From Octopus sinensis (lineage: Eukaryota): a stretch of DNA of 64,000 nucleotides. Below the pieces are notes generated by a model. It was given only the letters and a program-made list of their open reading frames with translations. It had not been told where the DNA came from and ran no database searches. The DNA is taken from NCBI RefSeq assembly GCF_006345805.1, contig NC_043005.1:100006001-100070000 (forward strand), in the 5' to 3' direction. Both the position numbers and the translations under genes were made by a program. This document shows, piece by piece, positions 39,117 to 51,544 of this stretch (position 1 is the first letter of the stretch; the number at the start of each line of letters is the position of its first letter).

Positions 39117-39999
39117 AGTATATTTTGAATTACATAATCCAATATATTGTTCATTATTTTGAAGATGGTAGAGTAGGAATGAGCAACCATTTTTGAGAAG
39201 AAGGCTGCATAAAACATACCTCATCATTGAGCAGGCTGCACTGCTATAAACCTTTGAGGTAATTTTTAAAATTTTAGTTTGTGTTTGAAGAAATGAGTTG
39301 TGTCTCTGAGCTTCACTGGGTCCTTAACATCAGTGAGGTGGATGCTGGATGCTGATGATTACAAGAAAGACATGGGCAAAGAGAGAATTCCATAGGGATA
39401 ATGTTGTGAGGAGTTAGGGTGATGTGCAGTGGTTAGTGTAGGGCAGAGCGTATTGGACAGACTAAGGGTTAGTCTGGAGTGGAGTGGAGGAGAGGTGTGT
39501 GAGTTGAGAGTACTTGAGTGGGGTGAGAGAAGCTAGCTCCAAGGAACAGAACATTTTTTAGTATCAGTAGGAAAGCAGAGAGGGGGAAAGAGAGAATGAG
39601 AGAGAGAAAGAAACAGACAGAGATGATGATGAGAGAGCAAGCAAGAAAGAATGAGAGAAAATAAGAGAAAAAGAGAGAGAGAAAAGAGAGAGAGAGTGTG
39701 ATCCCAATACATTTGTGAGCCAGAAGATGGGATGTGTTGATTTCATGCCAGTCTGTTGAATTGCCTGTTTGTTTTTTTTTTTTTGGTGGTGGTGGATGCT
39801 TGCTAAGCTGTGAGTAGATGAAGCAGCACTGTTCCTGATGCAAGTGTGGGTGTGGGATGTGTGGGTGTGGGATGTGTGGGTGTGGGATGTGTGTGTGTGT
39901 GCAGCAGCATTGATCAATATTCAACTGTGGGTGGCTGGAGAATGGTCTTGGACATAATATCAAACTCCTTTTCTCTTTATGTCAAAATAACATTACCAA

Positions 40000-40215
40000 A
40001 TAAGTCTGCGAGCTTGGCAGAATCATTGGCACACCAGGCAAAATGCTTAATTGCATTTCATCTGCTTCTGCATTCAGAGTTCAAATTCCATGAAAGTTGA
40101 CTTTTGCCTTTCATCTTTTCAGGGTCAATTAAATAAGTACCAGTTGAGCTCTGGGGTCAATCTAATCAACCTATCCCCACCCCCGAAATTGCTGGCCTTG
40201 TGCCAAGACTTGAAA
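40000..40215 (+). mobile_element. SINE family A variant
   Basis: gagcttggcagaatc head, gagttcaaattcc box B, cctttcatc domain. Confidence 0.75.
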
Positions 40216-41309
40216 GCAAAATAATGTCACTCATTTTTTGTTCTCTGTTATCCTGAGCCTGTCAAGAGTTAATTTTGTAAACTAGCTGTTAGGCACATGG
40301 TTTAGCATATAGCCAAGGAACAAGACTGATCGTGGGCAGGTATTTATTGAAATAGAAAGAAGAGTGATATAGGGGTCATTCCTTATTTAATTTTGAAATA
40401 AATTGCTGTAGAATAGCCTGAAATAGTAAAAATACTGTGCCAATAAGTCATTTCTTTTATTTGCAATAATTTCATAGTTCAAGTTCCACTGGTACCACCA
40501 TTGTATTACATTCCTCTGAGGTTGATAAAATATGAGGCAGCAATCTAGTGAAGTCAATTCAATCGACAAGGCCTTTGCCAACAAGTATAAGAAGAAATAA
40601 GCTGCCTACGCAAAGAAAATCAATTAGTAACAGAATGATGCTAAGTTTGAATCAGTCAGCAGTATACTAATCTAACTTAACAAAATAAGGATTTTTCTGT
40701 CAAAGATTACAATTCAATAGATTCAATAACTCAAAGAGAAACCCATCCAAATTATTCACAGATAAAGATTTAGAACAAAAGGAAACTAATAAACTTTCAA
40801 ATTATTCTTTTTTCCTATTTTTTTCCCATCTTTTCTCATCACATTTTCTAGAAAACTTCTCAACCAAAATCTGGTTCCTTCTAAAAAAGAAACATTATTG
40901 ATTAATCATAGAAAACAAATAGAAGCAAGTCTTTATTGTAGTTTTCATAATGATTCTATGTAACCAATCAGAACAGTAAATTGTTGTGGATTTCTTCAGT
41001 TACATAACAATTTGTTCAACTGTTCATTTAAAATCCATGTTTTCATGCCAGCATGGGTTAGACATGATGCAGATGGGTTAGACTTGATATAGATTAGTTA
41101 GACAATACTAACAATAAAATGAGAAAACCAAATTTAAAGGTAATTTAAGGCAGTTTGCTGGGGTTGATCTACAAACGACATGAGCATTAAAGCGCTTCTG
41201 TTCAGTGGTCTCATTATCACCTGGGCCATAGATCTGCTTGAATAGAGTTGAGTAGGAAGAGGGTCATGCTTAGGTTCTTATGGCCCAAGTACTGTACTGA
41301 AGAGACTAT

Positions 41310-41700
41310 CTCTTTACTTGTTTCAGGCATGTGACTGCAGCCATGCTGGAGCACCGCCTTTAGTTGAGCAAATCGACCCCAGGACTTATTCTTTGTGAGC
41401 CTAGTGCTTATTCTATCGGTCTCTTTTTGCCGAACTGCTAACTTACGGGGATGTAAACACACCAGCATTGGTTGTCAAGTGATGTTGGGAGGTGGATCAA
41501 GCACAGGCACACAAACACACACATATACATATATACTATGGGCTTCTTTCAGTTTCCGTCAACCAAATCCACTCACCAAGCTTTGGTCAGCCTAAGGCTA
41601 TAGTAGAAGACACTTGCCTAAGGTGCCACGCAATGGGACTGAACCCAGAACCATGTGGTTGGTAAGCAAGCTACTTACCACACAGCCACTCCTGTGCCTA
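41310..41700 (-). mobile_element. CORE-type SINE family B
   Basis: Near-consensus copy. Confidence 0.9.
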
Positions 41701-41904
41701 TGCATACACTTTACTACTGACACATATTCTCATATGATTCCCTCCAGAGATTCATTGATCCATAGGCCCAAGTGCATTAGTGCTGTTGTAAAACTTAGTC
41801 GGGCATTATCTTGTCTGTTGCATTAAGAAGGCAAAGTGAGGTTACTCAATAATCACATCAACATAAATGTTATTCACTGTGTGAATTGTCGGCAGAGGAA
41901 GGTG

Positions 41905-42115
41905 GTGAGGTGGCAGAGATGTTAGCATGCCAGGCGAAATGCTTAGCAGTATTTTGTCTGTCTTTATGTTCTAAGTTCAAATTCCGCCAATATCGACTTT
42001 GTCTTCCATCCTTTCAGGGTCGATAAATTAAGTACCAGTTGTGTACTGAGATCAATCTAATCGACTGGCCTCTCCCCCAAAATTTTGTGCTTTGTGCCTA
42101 GATTAGAAACAAATT
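41905..42115 (+). mobile_element. SINE family A variant
   Basis: Head, box B and central domain present. Confidence 0.8.
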
Positions 42116-42695
42116 GTCTGCAGAGGGCAAAGTGGACATCTCAGTGGACATGAAGCTCAAGTAGTATTTAGTTACGTGCCTCTTGACACCCAAAGTTCAA
42201 ATCTAGAATTTATCTCATTCCTTTGGGGGTCAATACAATAGGTACCAGTAATATACTGCAAGTTGATCCAATCAACTACACCCCATACTATAAACCAGTC
42301 ATCTTATGCCAATATATTATATCATTTCCACTGATCTAGCTATATGAAATATTAGAGGGGGTGTTAACTATAGTAGATCAGCATTCTATCCATATAAATA
42401 TATATTTTACCCATATCCTCATCACAGACATGAAGTGGTAGTCATTTCTCAACATATGTGATGTATTAGAAAATTCATTTTCACATCTGGCTGTTGTTGT
42501 TGTTTAACTTAAGGCCACCCTTGATCCAGCAGTCCAGTCTAAGATCTTTTACAAACTTAGTATATCCAGGATCACTTTATATGTCCTTCCTCTTTTGAGA
42601 CAAAAGGAAATGATTTGAGGGAGATTTAGCTGCTGTTTCTAACAAGAGGCATTCCCTAATTGTACACCAGAGCATGTATGTGTATGTGTGTATAT

Positions 42696-42738
<43 letters not shown>

Positions 42739-43044
42739 GGATTTGTATGATTGTGTATAGAGGGATATATATTATTCAAAGAAATTCCAACTCTGCCTGT
42801 TTTTCATGTTTTATTTATATCCTTTATAATATTAACGTAGAATATTGAATATATAGTATAATTAATATATATAGAGAGTAAAATGAAATGAAGTATTGAT
42901 TGTCTTATTGAATAGATGAAATATTGAATATCAAATATTAAGGGACTAGTATACTTTCTTGCATTAAATCAGTCTTCAAGGTCCCAAGTTGTGACAGGAG
43001 TTTTTCAACTGAGGTTGACTGGTTGTCGATATATATATATATAT

Positions 43045-43455
43045 TTATCTTTTACTTGTTTCAGTCATTAGACTGCAGCTTTGCTGGGGCATCACCTTGA
43101 AGAAATTTTAGTCGAATATATTGACCCCAGCACTTACTTTTTATAAGCCTGGTACTTATTCTATCAATCTCTTTTGCCAAACCACTAAGTTATGGGGGTG
43201 TAAAGATACTAGTACCAACTGTCAAGTGGTAGTGGGAACGAATACACACACACACACACACACACACAGATATACATATATATATATAGATATATATGAT
43301 GGGCTTCTTTTAGTTTCTATCTATCAAATCCACTCACAAGGCTTTGGTCTGCCCAAGGCTATTGTAGAAGACACTTTCCCAAGGTGCCACACTGTGGGAC
43401 TGATCCTAGAACCATGTGGTAGAGAAGCAAGTTTCTTAGCCACACAGCCACATCT
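43045..43455 (-). mobile_element. SINE family B-related variant
   Basis: Homologous head, core and tail. Confidence 0.8.
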
Positions 43456-43470
43456 GTGGCTACATATATG

Positions 43471-43517
<47 letters not shown>

Positions 43518-43925
43518 CAGATATATGGATGAGAAAGAAATACATGATTATCTTATCAAGATAATCATTTATTCCTTTGTTTTCTATTTCTCTTATGATT
43601 CTGTACCCAACTAACACTTTATTCAGCACCATATCTATATTGAGTTCTACACCAGGTTACTAGTACTGCAATGGCTAAGTGAAATATACATACAGACATA
43701 CATACATGAATACACATCAGTATACACATACGTAAATACATACATACATTCATATATTCTTAACCTAATATCTTGCAAAAGTTGATGCAAAACTTAGCAT
43801 TCAAACCTACAGACATCAATGAGGACTGAATACAAAATATACATCATACACACACACAAACATACAGACATTTACATATTTACACCCATATGCCCACATA
43901 TTCAAATACAGACATACACCCATAT

Positions 43926-43958
<33 letters not shown>

Positions 43959-45374
43959 TTAAACACCCACATCAGGTGAAACACAATGCTAACCAAATTG
44001 ACATGATGTCACATCAGATTAATGTGATCAGTAAAGCTATAAGCTCCATCATCAGTTTCTACATTGGAAACTTCCCCTTCACTCTACCTGCCATCAGGTC
44101 AAGCTTTCTCCCCTCTTTACCTTAAATTTCAACTTTTGCATGACCTTGCCGCTTTCTTCAGTTGCTGCAATCCCTTAAGACTTGCTATTATGTCAGATAT
44201 ATCAATCATGCTTAATCCCCCATGTCTGTCACGTCTATCTCTTTGCCTCATTTTACTGTTAAACAAAAGAAGAGAGAATTCTTCAGTTACTTCAGTTTAT
44301 TTTTGGTAATTTTCTCTTTTCTTTCCAGATGTTTTATTTTCGATCCAACACTACGAATAAAGTGTTGCAAAACATTTAAATACAGCAAAGTTTCCCAACC
44401 TGTTTAGAAGTTAGTACATTTCATTTAATTTTGGACCCCATCAAGTAAAAACATCAGCGGAATTGCTGTGACAGGAAACCATCAAAAGGTGTGTGTTGAA
44501 ATGCTCCATAGAAGTTTGTGTAGTAGTTCATGGAATTCTTCATTGCCACAGTCCACCTAGCTGCATGACAGGCACATTAGATGTTAACTGAGATAGACTT
44601 TGGGAAGATGAGCCAATGAGAGAACATATTTATGGTTGCTTCATCTGCTAGAAATAGTTGACAAATCTCTCTCTCAAAATCTTACTCCTACTATCTTAGA
44701 AAGAAGGACAGATTAGCTAATGTGGTTCTGTGTGTACTGTGCATCAAGCAAAGACAGGATTGCCATGAATGGAATGCCTTTAGTCATAGATCTACTAAGT
44801 CAAGGCTGACTTGGGGTTAAAAGATTATAAAAGCATCAAAGGAAGATTAATCTATTGTATTTCGGAATGGTCATTTTGCCAGTTTAGCCAATAAAAACAC
44901 ACGCTCTATATATTTGGTGTTACTTTGCTTCAGTGTTATTTATTTTTTAATCTCCCACAGGCTTAACACTAAACCAGAGATTAAGTATAAGCCCTTAAAA
45001 ATCTCTTTGCATTTAAAAGATGTTTTTATTTATCTCTGAGATGAAGAAATGTTCAGGATGCTGATCAAAAGATGGAATTGTTGGATTTCCACCAGACTCC
45101 TGGAAAAAATGTTACTGTGCCATTAACAAATGTTTGATTACATCATAGTATAGTGCTGAAGACAGATACCACATGGTGGTTTAACACAATAAATAAGACA
45201 GAATACTAATTAATGTAGTATTGTTATATGCGTTTGATTGGGAACTGGACAAACAATTTGATGGTTTACAGTTCAAGTGTTGCCATGAAGGGACCAAAAG
45301 GCTGAGACAAATGTATTACATCACGTAGCTGTAACTAGGCCATTAATTAATTGGAAGAACATCATGCTGTAAGC

Positions 45375-45585
45375 TCTTTTACTCGTTTCAGTCATTCGAC
45401 TGTGGCCATGCTGGAGCACCGCCTTTAGTCAAGGAAATCAACCCCAGGACTTATTCTTTGTAAGCCTAGTACTTATTCTATCGGTCTCTTTTGCCGAACC
45501 TCTAAGTTACGGGGACGTAAACACACCAGCATCGGTTGTCAAGCGATGTTGGGGTGGGGGGAGAAACACAGACACACAAACATAT

Positions 45586-45622
<37 letters not shown>

Positions 45623-45795
45623 CATATACGACGGGCTTCTTTCAGTTTCCGTCTACCAAATCCACTCATAAGGCTTTGGTCAGCCCAAGGCTATAGTAGA
45701 AGACACTTGCCCAAGGTGCCACGCAGTGGGACTGAACCCGGAACCATGTGGTTGGTAAGCAAGCTACTTACCACACAGCCACTCCTATGCCTATA
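45375..45795 (-). mobile_element. CORE-type SINE family B
   Basis: Near-consensus copy. Confidence 0.9.
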
Positions 45796-46369
45796 CCTGT
45801 GGAAATGCTGTACAAATGATGAGCGTTGTATTTGTACATCTAAATCCAATTATGGCTTCATAGATAACTTATAGTCCAGCCCCTCCTAGATTTATTACTG
45901 AAGCAATGTGAAATAAAGAGTCTTGCTCAAGGATACAATGCACTACTATGAATCAAACTCATGGTGTTATGATCATTAGCTGTCTACCCTCAGTCTCTGC
46001 AAAAATGCAAATAAGTGTCACCTGTCATTTGTCTTTCAGTTCCAATCTTCTAGAAAAAAATATCGGGTCTTAGGGAAATATTCTTTTGTTTGGAAACAGC
46101 TGAGAGTTGGGAGACAGAAAGGGCACAAGGCCATAGGCATTCTACCTCAACAAATTCCATTGGATCCATGAAGTATGGAAAAGTGAATATTAAAATTATG
46201 ATGATGTTAATGATGAAGGGAAGGAGGAGGAAGGCAAGAATAGTCTTGAAACTGACTGTGAGGAATAGTCCAGAAGATGAGAGAAATACGAATAAATATT
46301 ACACAAAGAACTAAAAGAAGCAAAAATTTAAAAAATTAGTAAATAAAAGAACCCACCATGAGAAATTGA

Positions 46370-47700
46370 AAGACGTGTCAGAAGATGCAGCACAGAAAGT
46401 GAATTGCACAACTCTGTAGAATATTGAGGGTCTTTGACTAAAAAACATCCAAATAGATTAAAATCGGGGGGGGGGGGGGCACATCAGCATGGCAATAAAT
46501 GAGAGAATGACAGAACATAGGGAAAAAAGTGGAATGAACTTACAGAGACTGTTCAACAGACATCCATTTAGATATAAACATTTACATTCCAATTGCAGCA
46601 ATTAAACTTAATGTATACATTGAGCTGTCTACAAAGGACAGGACCAGAAAAATCCTGAAGGTACCGAAAAATAGAAAAAGCAACAAGACAAGGTAGAAGC
46701 ACACCTGAAGCCCCAATATTGACACCATCACTGATTTGTTAAGTCCCCAACTGTAGGAGATATGCAAGAAAGCAAGGTGGCGAGCTGGCAGAACCGTTAG
46801 TACGCCGGGCGAAATGCATAGCCGTATTTCGTTTGCCGTTACGTTCTGAGTTCAAATTCCGCTCAGGTCGACTTTGCCTTTCATCCTTTCGGGGTCGATA
46901 AATTAAGTACCAGTTACGCACTGGGGTCGATATAATCGACTTAATCCATTTGTCTGTCCTTGTTTGTCCCCTCTATGTTTAGCCCCTTGTGGGTAATAAA
47001 GAAACAGATATGCAAGAAGGGTAAAATGCTGGACAGTGGAAGAAAAGCAATTTGGTAATACCTCCCAGAAAAGGGAGAGCTTATTGAGAACAAAAACTGA
47101 TTTCTATTTGTCCCCAACAAAGAACTTACATAGATCATTCTTGAGAGAGTGTAAAACAGCAAAACACATGCCAAAGGTATAGCAAGAACCATTTTAAAAA
47201 GGATATGTCCTGCACTGACCTTTATTGAACAGTTATAAGAATTGTAGGTTTTCCCTCATTCTTGACTCTATTGGCTTTGGAAAAGCTCTAAAGTGTATTG
47301 ACAGGAAAATTATTTCCATTCTACTTTATCATAACAGAATCCCCAATGCATTCCTTAATATCATTCAACAGTTGTGCATATGCCCACTGGCAAGTGATAC
47401 TCAATGAGTGATTGTTGAAACTGGAAGGAAAGCAGAACATCTATTATCAACAGATGTGTTCTTGGGGGTCATTGACACGATTACTTACCAAACTATGAAT
47501 ATTGTTAAAACACGTATACGGTGGTGGGCATAAAAATAGTCACTAGAGAGTCTGGTAAAAATATGTTTGCTGTTCGAGCCTGTTCAAGACTTTTAGAGGA
47601 AGACAGACAAGATAACAGAGATAGCACTGAAAACAGATTAGAAAGCTAATTACTGGAACGACAGAAATTATGAAAATTCAAGGAAATGACCCTGGTTCTG
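46370..47700 (+). pseudogene. Highly decayed RTE-clade RT relic interrupted by a SINE
   Basis: Frameshifted LPEKGEL, IILERV, IGFGKALKCIDRK (IDF.KAFD..DR), NRIPNAFLNIIQQL. Confidence 0.55.
46771..47005 (+). mobile_element. SINE family A with TSD
   Basis: 13-bp TSD AGATATGCAAGAA at 46758-46770 and 47006-47018. Confidence 0.92.
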
Positions 47701-47869
47701 ACTTTATCGTTTATCTTTTAGTTATTTCAGCATTAGACTGTGGCCATGCAGAAGCAGCAATTTGAATAATTTTTTGCAAATGAATGGACCTCAGTACTTA
47801 TTTTTTTCATAAAGCCAAATAAGGCAAATCCCATAGAAAAATGAAGTCTTAAAATTTCACTGTATTTAG

Positions 47870-47983
47870 ATTAAGCGTTTTGGTAAGCTTTCACAATCTG
47901 GAAGAGAAGGACAGTGTACAACTGTTAGCTACGGGTGTTGACTCCCTACTGGACATCTTGTGTGCTCAGTCTGATGCTTCTCG
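47870..47983 (+). CDS. Orphan internal coding exon of an unidentified host gene (LSVLVSFHNLEEKDSVQLLATGVDSLLDILCAQSDAS-R), phase 2-2
   Basis: Acceptor tttcactgtatttag/A, donor CG/GTGAGT, 114 nt (frame-preserving), only one of three frames open, GC above background, no repeat match in the window. Confidence 0.55.
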
Positions 47984-48344
47984 GTGAGTTCATGTCCAAA
48001 CAAGTAGGAGCAGGTTTTGTGTTGCGAAAACACAACCAGGTATATATATGGGTTAAAGGAAAAGGAAGTCAGGTGAACTGAGGATGACTTGGAGATCAAG
48101 AAAAGTGGGGATAGAGGAAGACATGGATGATAAGAAACTAAGTAAAAAGAAAAGGAGAGGTCTGTTTAGTTAAATTTGACCTGGATCTAAACAACATCCT
48201 TCACACAAACATATATCCCACAAAAACACATCTTATAGCCACATACCTCACAAACATGTACATCACAGACATATATCATATAGGGACATACTCCATAAAG
48301 TCCATAGACATACATTTCACAAGTGCATATCTCACAAATATATA

Positions 48345-48730
48345 TATTCTTCTATTTGTTTCAGTCATTTGACTGCGGCCACCCTGGAGCACCGTCTTCA
48401 GTCGAATAAATCGACCCCAGGACTTATTCTTTGTAAGCCTAGTACTTATTCTATTGGTCTCTTTTTGCCAAACTGCTAACTTACGGGGACGTAAACACAC
48501 CAGCATTTGTTGTCAAACGATGGTGAGGGAATAAACACACATACACACACACACTTAGACATAATGAGCTTCTTTCAGTTTCCATCTACCAAATCCATTC
48601 ACAAAGCTTTGGTCTGCCTGAGGCTGGCTCAAGTAAAAGACGCTTGTCCTAGGTGGCATGCAGTGGGACTGAACCTGGAACCATGTGGTTGGGAAGCAAG
48701 CTTCTTACTACATAGCCACTCCTGCACCTA
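48345..48730 (-). mobile_element. CORE-type SINE family B
   Basis: Homologous head, core and tail. Confidence 0.85.
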
Positions 48731-48788
48731 TATATATATATATATATATAACATATGTATGTATATATATAACATATGTATATATATT

Positions 48789-48825
<37 letters not shown>

Positions 48826-49068
48826 CATATGTATATATATCTACATATATTATATATATATAATGTATAAAAATATATATATATATATCTATATATAATG
48901 TATTATATATAATGTATATCTATATATATAATATATATATATATCTATATATATCTGTAAAATAATATGTACAATACTCAATAGTCAAGATAAAACTCTG
49001 AGTTTCAGATGCCGAAGTGGAAATCCAGAACACCATCTCTTCGGTTATCTGGCCATCTGAAAAATGTG

Positions 49069-49582
49069 ATGAAAAAATACCGTTATACAAAGGAAAATTA
49101 CTGTATTATAATTCTGCTCATGGACCCACGTTTTTCAGATGGCCAGATAACCAAAGAGATGGTGTTGTGGATTTCCACTTCGGCATCCGAAACTCAGAGT
49201 TTTATCTTGGCTATTGAATAATTGTCACATATTATTTTACAGATAAATTTCCTCTATTTACATAATATTGAGGTCTCTTTCTTTCTTTTGTTGTCTTACC
49301 GTTTTTACCAATATATATGTATATATATATACATATATATTGGTAAAAACGGTAAGACAACAAAAGAAAGAAAGAGACCTCAATATTATGTAAATAGAGG
49401 AAATTTATCTGTAAAATAATATGTGACAATTATTCAATAGCCAAGATAAAACTCTGAGTTTCGGATGCCGAAGTGGAAATCCACAACACCATCTCTTTGG
49501 TTATCTGGCCATCTGAAAAACGTGGGTCCATGAGCAGAATTATAATACAGTAATTTTCCTTTGTATAACGGTATTTTTTCAT
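49069..49582. repeat. Perfect 514-bp palindrome (257-bp arms, no spacer)
   Basis: Checked block by block: position p pairs with 98651-p with no mismatch; centre 49325/49326 lies in a TA tract. Confidence 0.98.
49142..49211 (+). ncRNA. Type I hammerhead-ribozyme-like fold with degenerate core (mirror copy on minus at 49440-49509; third copy on minus at about 48984-49054)
   Basis: Stem I GCCA-GATAA/TTATC-T-TGGC, core CCAAAGA (canonical CUGANGA), stem II GATG/CATC, GAAA at 49189-49192, short stem III ACT-CAG-AGT, GUU site 49199-49201. Confidence 0.6.
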
Positions 49583-50916
49583 TCCGTTCTTCCCTCTCCA
49601 TCCGTCCCCCCCCCTTTCTACGTTTCTCTATCTCTCTCACCTCCAGCCCCCTCGATCTGTCTCTTTCTTCTCCTCCCTCGTCCACCTTCTCTCCTTTTCA
49701 TCTGTCCTTTCTCCTGTCTTTTGTTCTCACGTGACAGCTAGCCGCTGTTGAGCGCTCTTTTCGTTTTCAGCAGCCTCAGAAGCAACACGGATTTGTTCGT
49801 CTCCCCGTGGCCTTTAGGCACAACTTCACAAGCCAGCCCCTACTCAAATCGTCCTGTCGAAAGACCCTTGTCCTACGTCCTGGTTTGTTTTGTTGTTTAT
49901 TTTTTATTTTTACCGTTATTACTTTTTACGTTTTTGTATTCTTATTGTGTCACGTATTCTGTATTTTTGTTTGTGTACTTCGATCGTTTTCCGTCCTTTC
50001 GTTGTATACATTCGAAGCTTTGGGCTGGCCATATCGGAGCAATCTCAAGATTAATCAGCCGAAATTGCTAAGATGATCTGGTTCTTGACTGATGACTGAG
50101 GGCTTCGAATCCCGTCCTGTGGTTCTTGTGTCGTCTCTGTGGTGTTTCATGTTCTTGTCCATGTCTGTATTTAATTTTACTGTTTACTATATAATCGGCG
50201 GCTACGTATCCACAATTGTCCTTATACGATAAGTATATTTTTTTCTCAAGCTTTGATACGACTCTTAATCTGTCTCTTTTTCTCTCTCTCTCCCTCCTCC
50301 CTTATTCCACTTCCGTTCTTTCCCTCTCCATCCGTCCCCCCCCCTTCTTCGTTTCTCTTTCTCTCTCACTCCAGCCCCCTCGATCTGTCTCTTTCTTCTC
50401 CTCCCTCGTCCACCTTCTCTCCCTTTTCATCTGTCCCTTTCTCCTGTCTTTTGTTCTCACGTGACAGCTAGCCGCTGTTGAGCGCTCTTTTCGTTTTCAG
50501 CAGCCTCAGAAGCAACACGGATTTGTTCGTCTCCCCGTGGCCTTTAGGCACAACTTCACAAGCCAGCCCCTACTCAAATCGTCCTGTCGAAAGACCTTGT
50601 CCTACGTCCTGGTTTTGTTTTGTTGTTTATTTTTTATTTTTACCGTTATTGTTTTTACGTTTTTGTATTCTTATGGTGTCACGTATTCTGTATTTTTGTT
50701 GTGTACTTCGATCGTTTTCCGTCCTTTCGTTGTATACATTCGAAGCTTTGGGCTGGCCATATCGGAGCAATCTCAAGATTAATCAGCCGAAATTGCTAAG
50801 ATGATCTGGTTCTTGACTGATGACTGAGGGCTTCGAATGTCCCGTCCTGTGGTTCTTGTGTCGTCTCTGTGGGTTTCATGTTCTTGTCCATGTCTGTATT
50901 TAATTTTACTGTTTAC
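49582..50916. repeat. Two direct repeats of about 606 bp, 729 bp apart
   Basis: 49582-50187 and 50311-50916, differing by scattered small indels and substitutions. Confidence 0.95.
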
Positions 50917-50954
<38 letters not shown>

Positions 50955-50981
50955 ATATAATATATATATATATAATGTATA

Positions 50982-51015
<34 letters not shown>

Positions 51016-51146
51016 AAGTTAATCCAAACAGAAAACAAAAAAGACAACAACGCAAGGAGGTGGAACAATTAAAGTATTATTAGGCGCTCATATCTCTCTC
51101 TCTCTCTATATATATATATATACACCACACCACTCATATATATATA

Positions 51147-51544
51147 TCTTATATATAAAAGTGAGGTTGTGTGCTGTCTGCTCCTACGATTTAGATTCCT
51201 AACTACTCCCACATTTTGTGCAGGTGCAGTTTAAACCAGCGGGTATCTTATAGTCGTGATTCATATTGAGCCCTTCTGGGTATTAGCGCACGTCTACGAT
51301 GAGTCTATGATTTAAAAAAAAAAATTACCATAATTTTTTCCCATTTTTAATGCATTTTTGGCATATATAAGGGAAGTAACTCTCTAAAAATGTATTATTA
51401 AATCTCAGAACGTAAAAAGCTACAGTAACACCCCCCCCCTTTGTGGTTAGCCATATTGAGATGGCTATTATACTTTACATCTCTAAAAATGCTTATATAG
51501 TTATTTCCCTTACAAACCCGAGCAACGCCGGGCGATACTGGTAG
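51147..51544 (+). mobile_element. Non-autonomous Helitron
   Basis: A/TC 5' start, 3' hairpin CCCGAGCAACGCCGGG, end CTGGTAG/T (one change from CTAG), no TSD. Confidence 0.8.

Larger units (their letters stand above)
48955..50916. mobile_element. Non-coding Penelope-like element array (inverted and direct partial pseudo-LTR-type repeats) in TA microsatellites
   Basis: Diverged copy 48955-49067, perfect palindrome 49069-49582, direct repeats 49582-50187 and 50311-50916, hammerhead-like folds; no long ORF. Confidence 0.7.

Noticed and set aside
49222-49429. Two identical 65-aa ORFs on opposite strands
   Set aside because: A by-product of the palindrome; no protein-like features.
50037-50110. 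Hammerhead suggested by CTGATGA (50089-50095), GAAA and complementary segments AGCAAT/ATTGCT and TCAAGA/TCTTGA
   Set aside because: The motif order (UH, GAAA, CUGAUGA) is not a circular permutation of the hammerhead, and no proper stem II closes.
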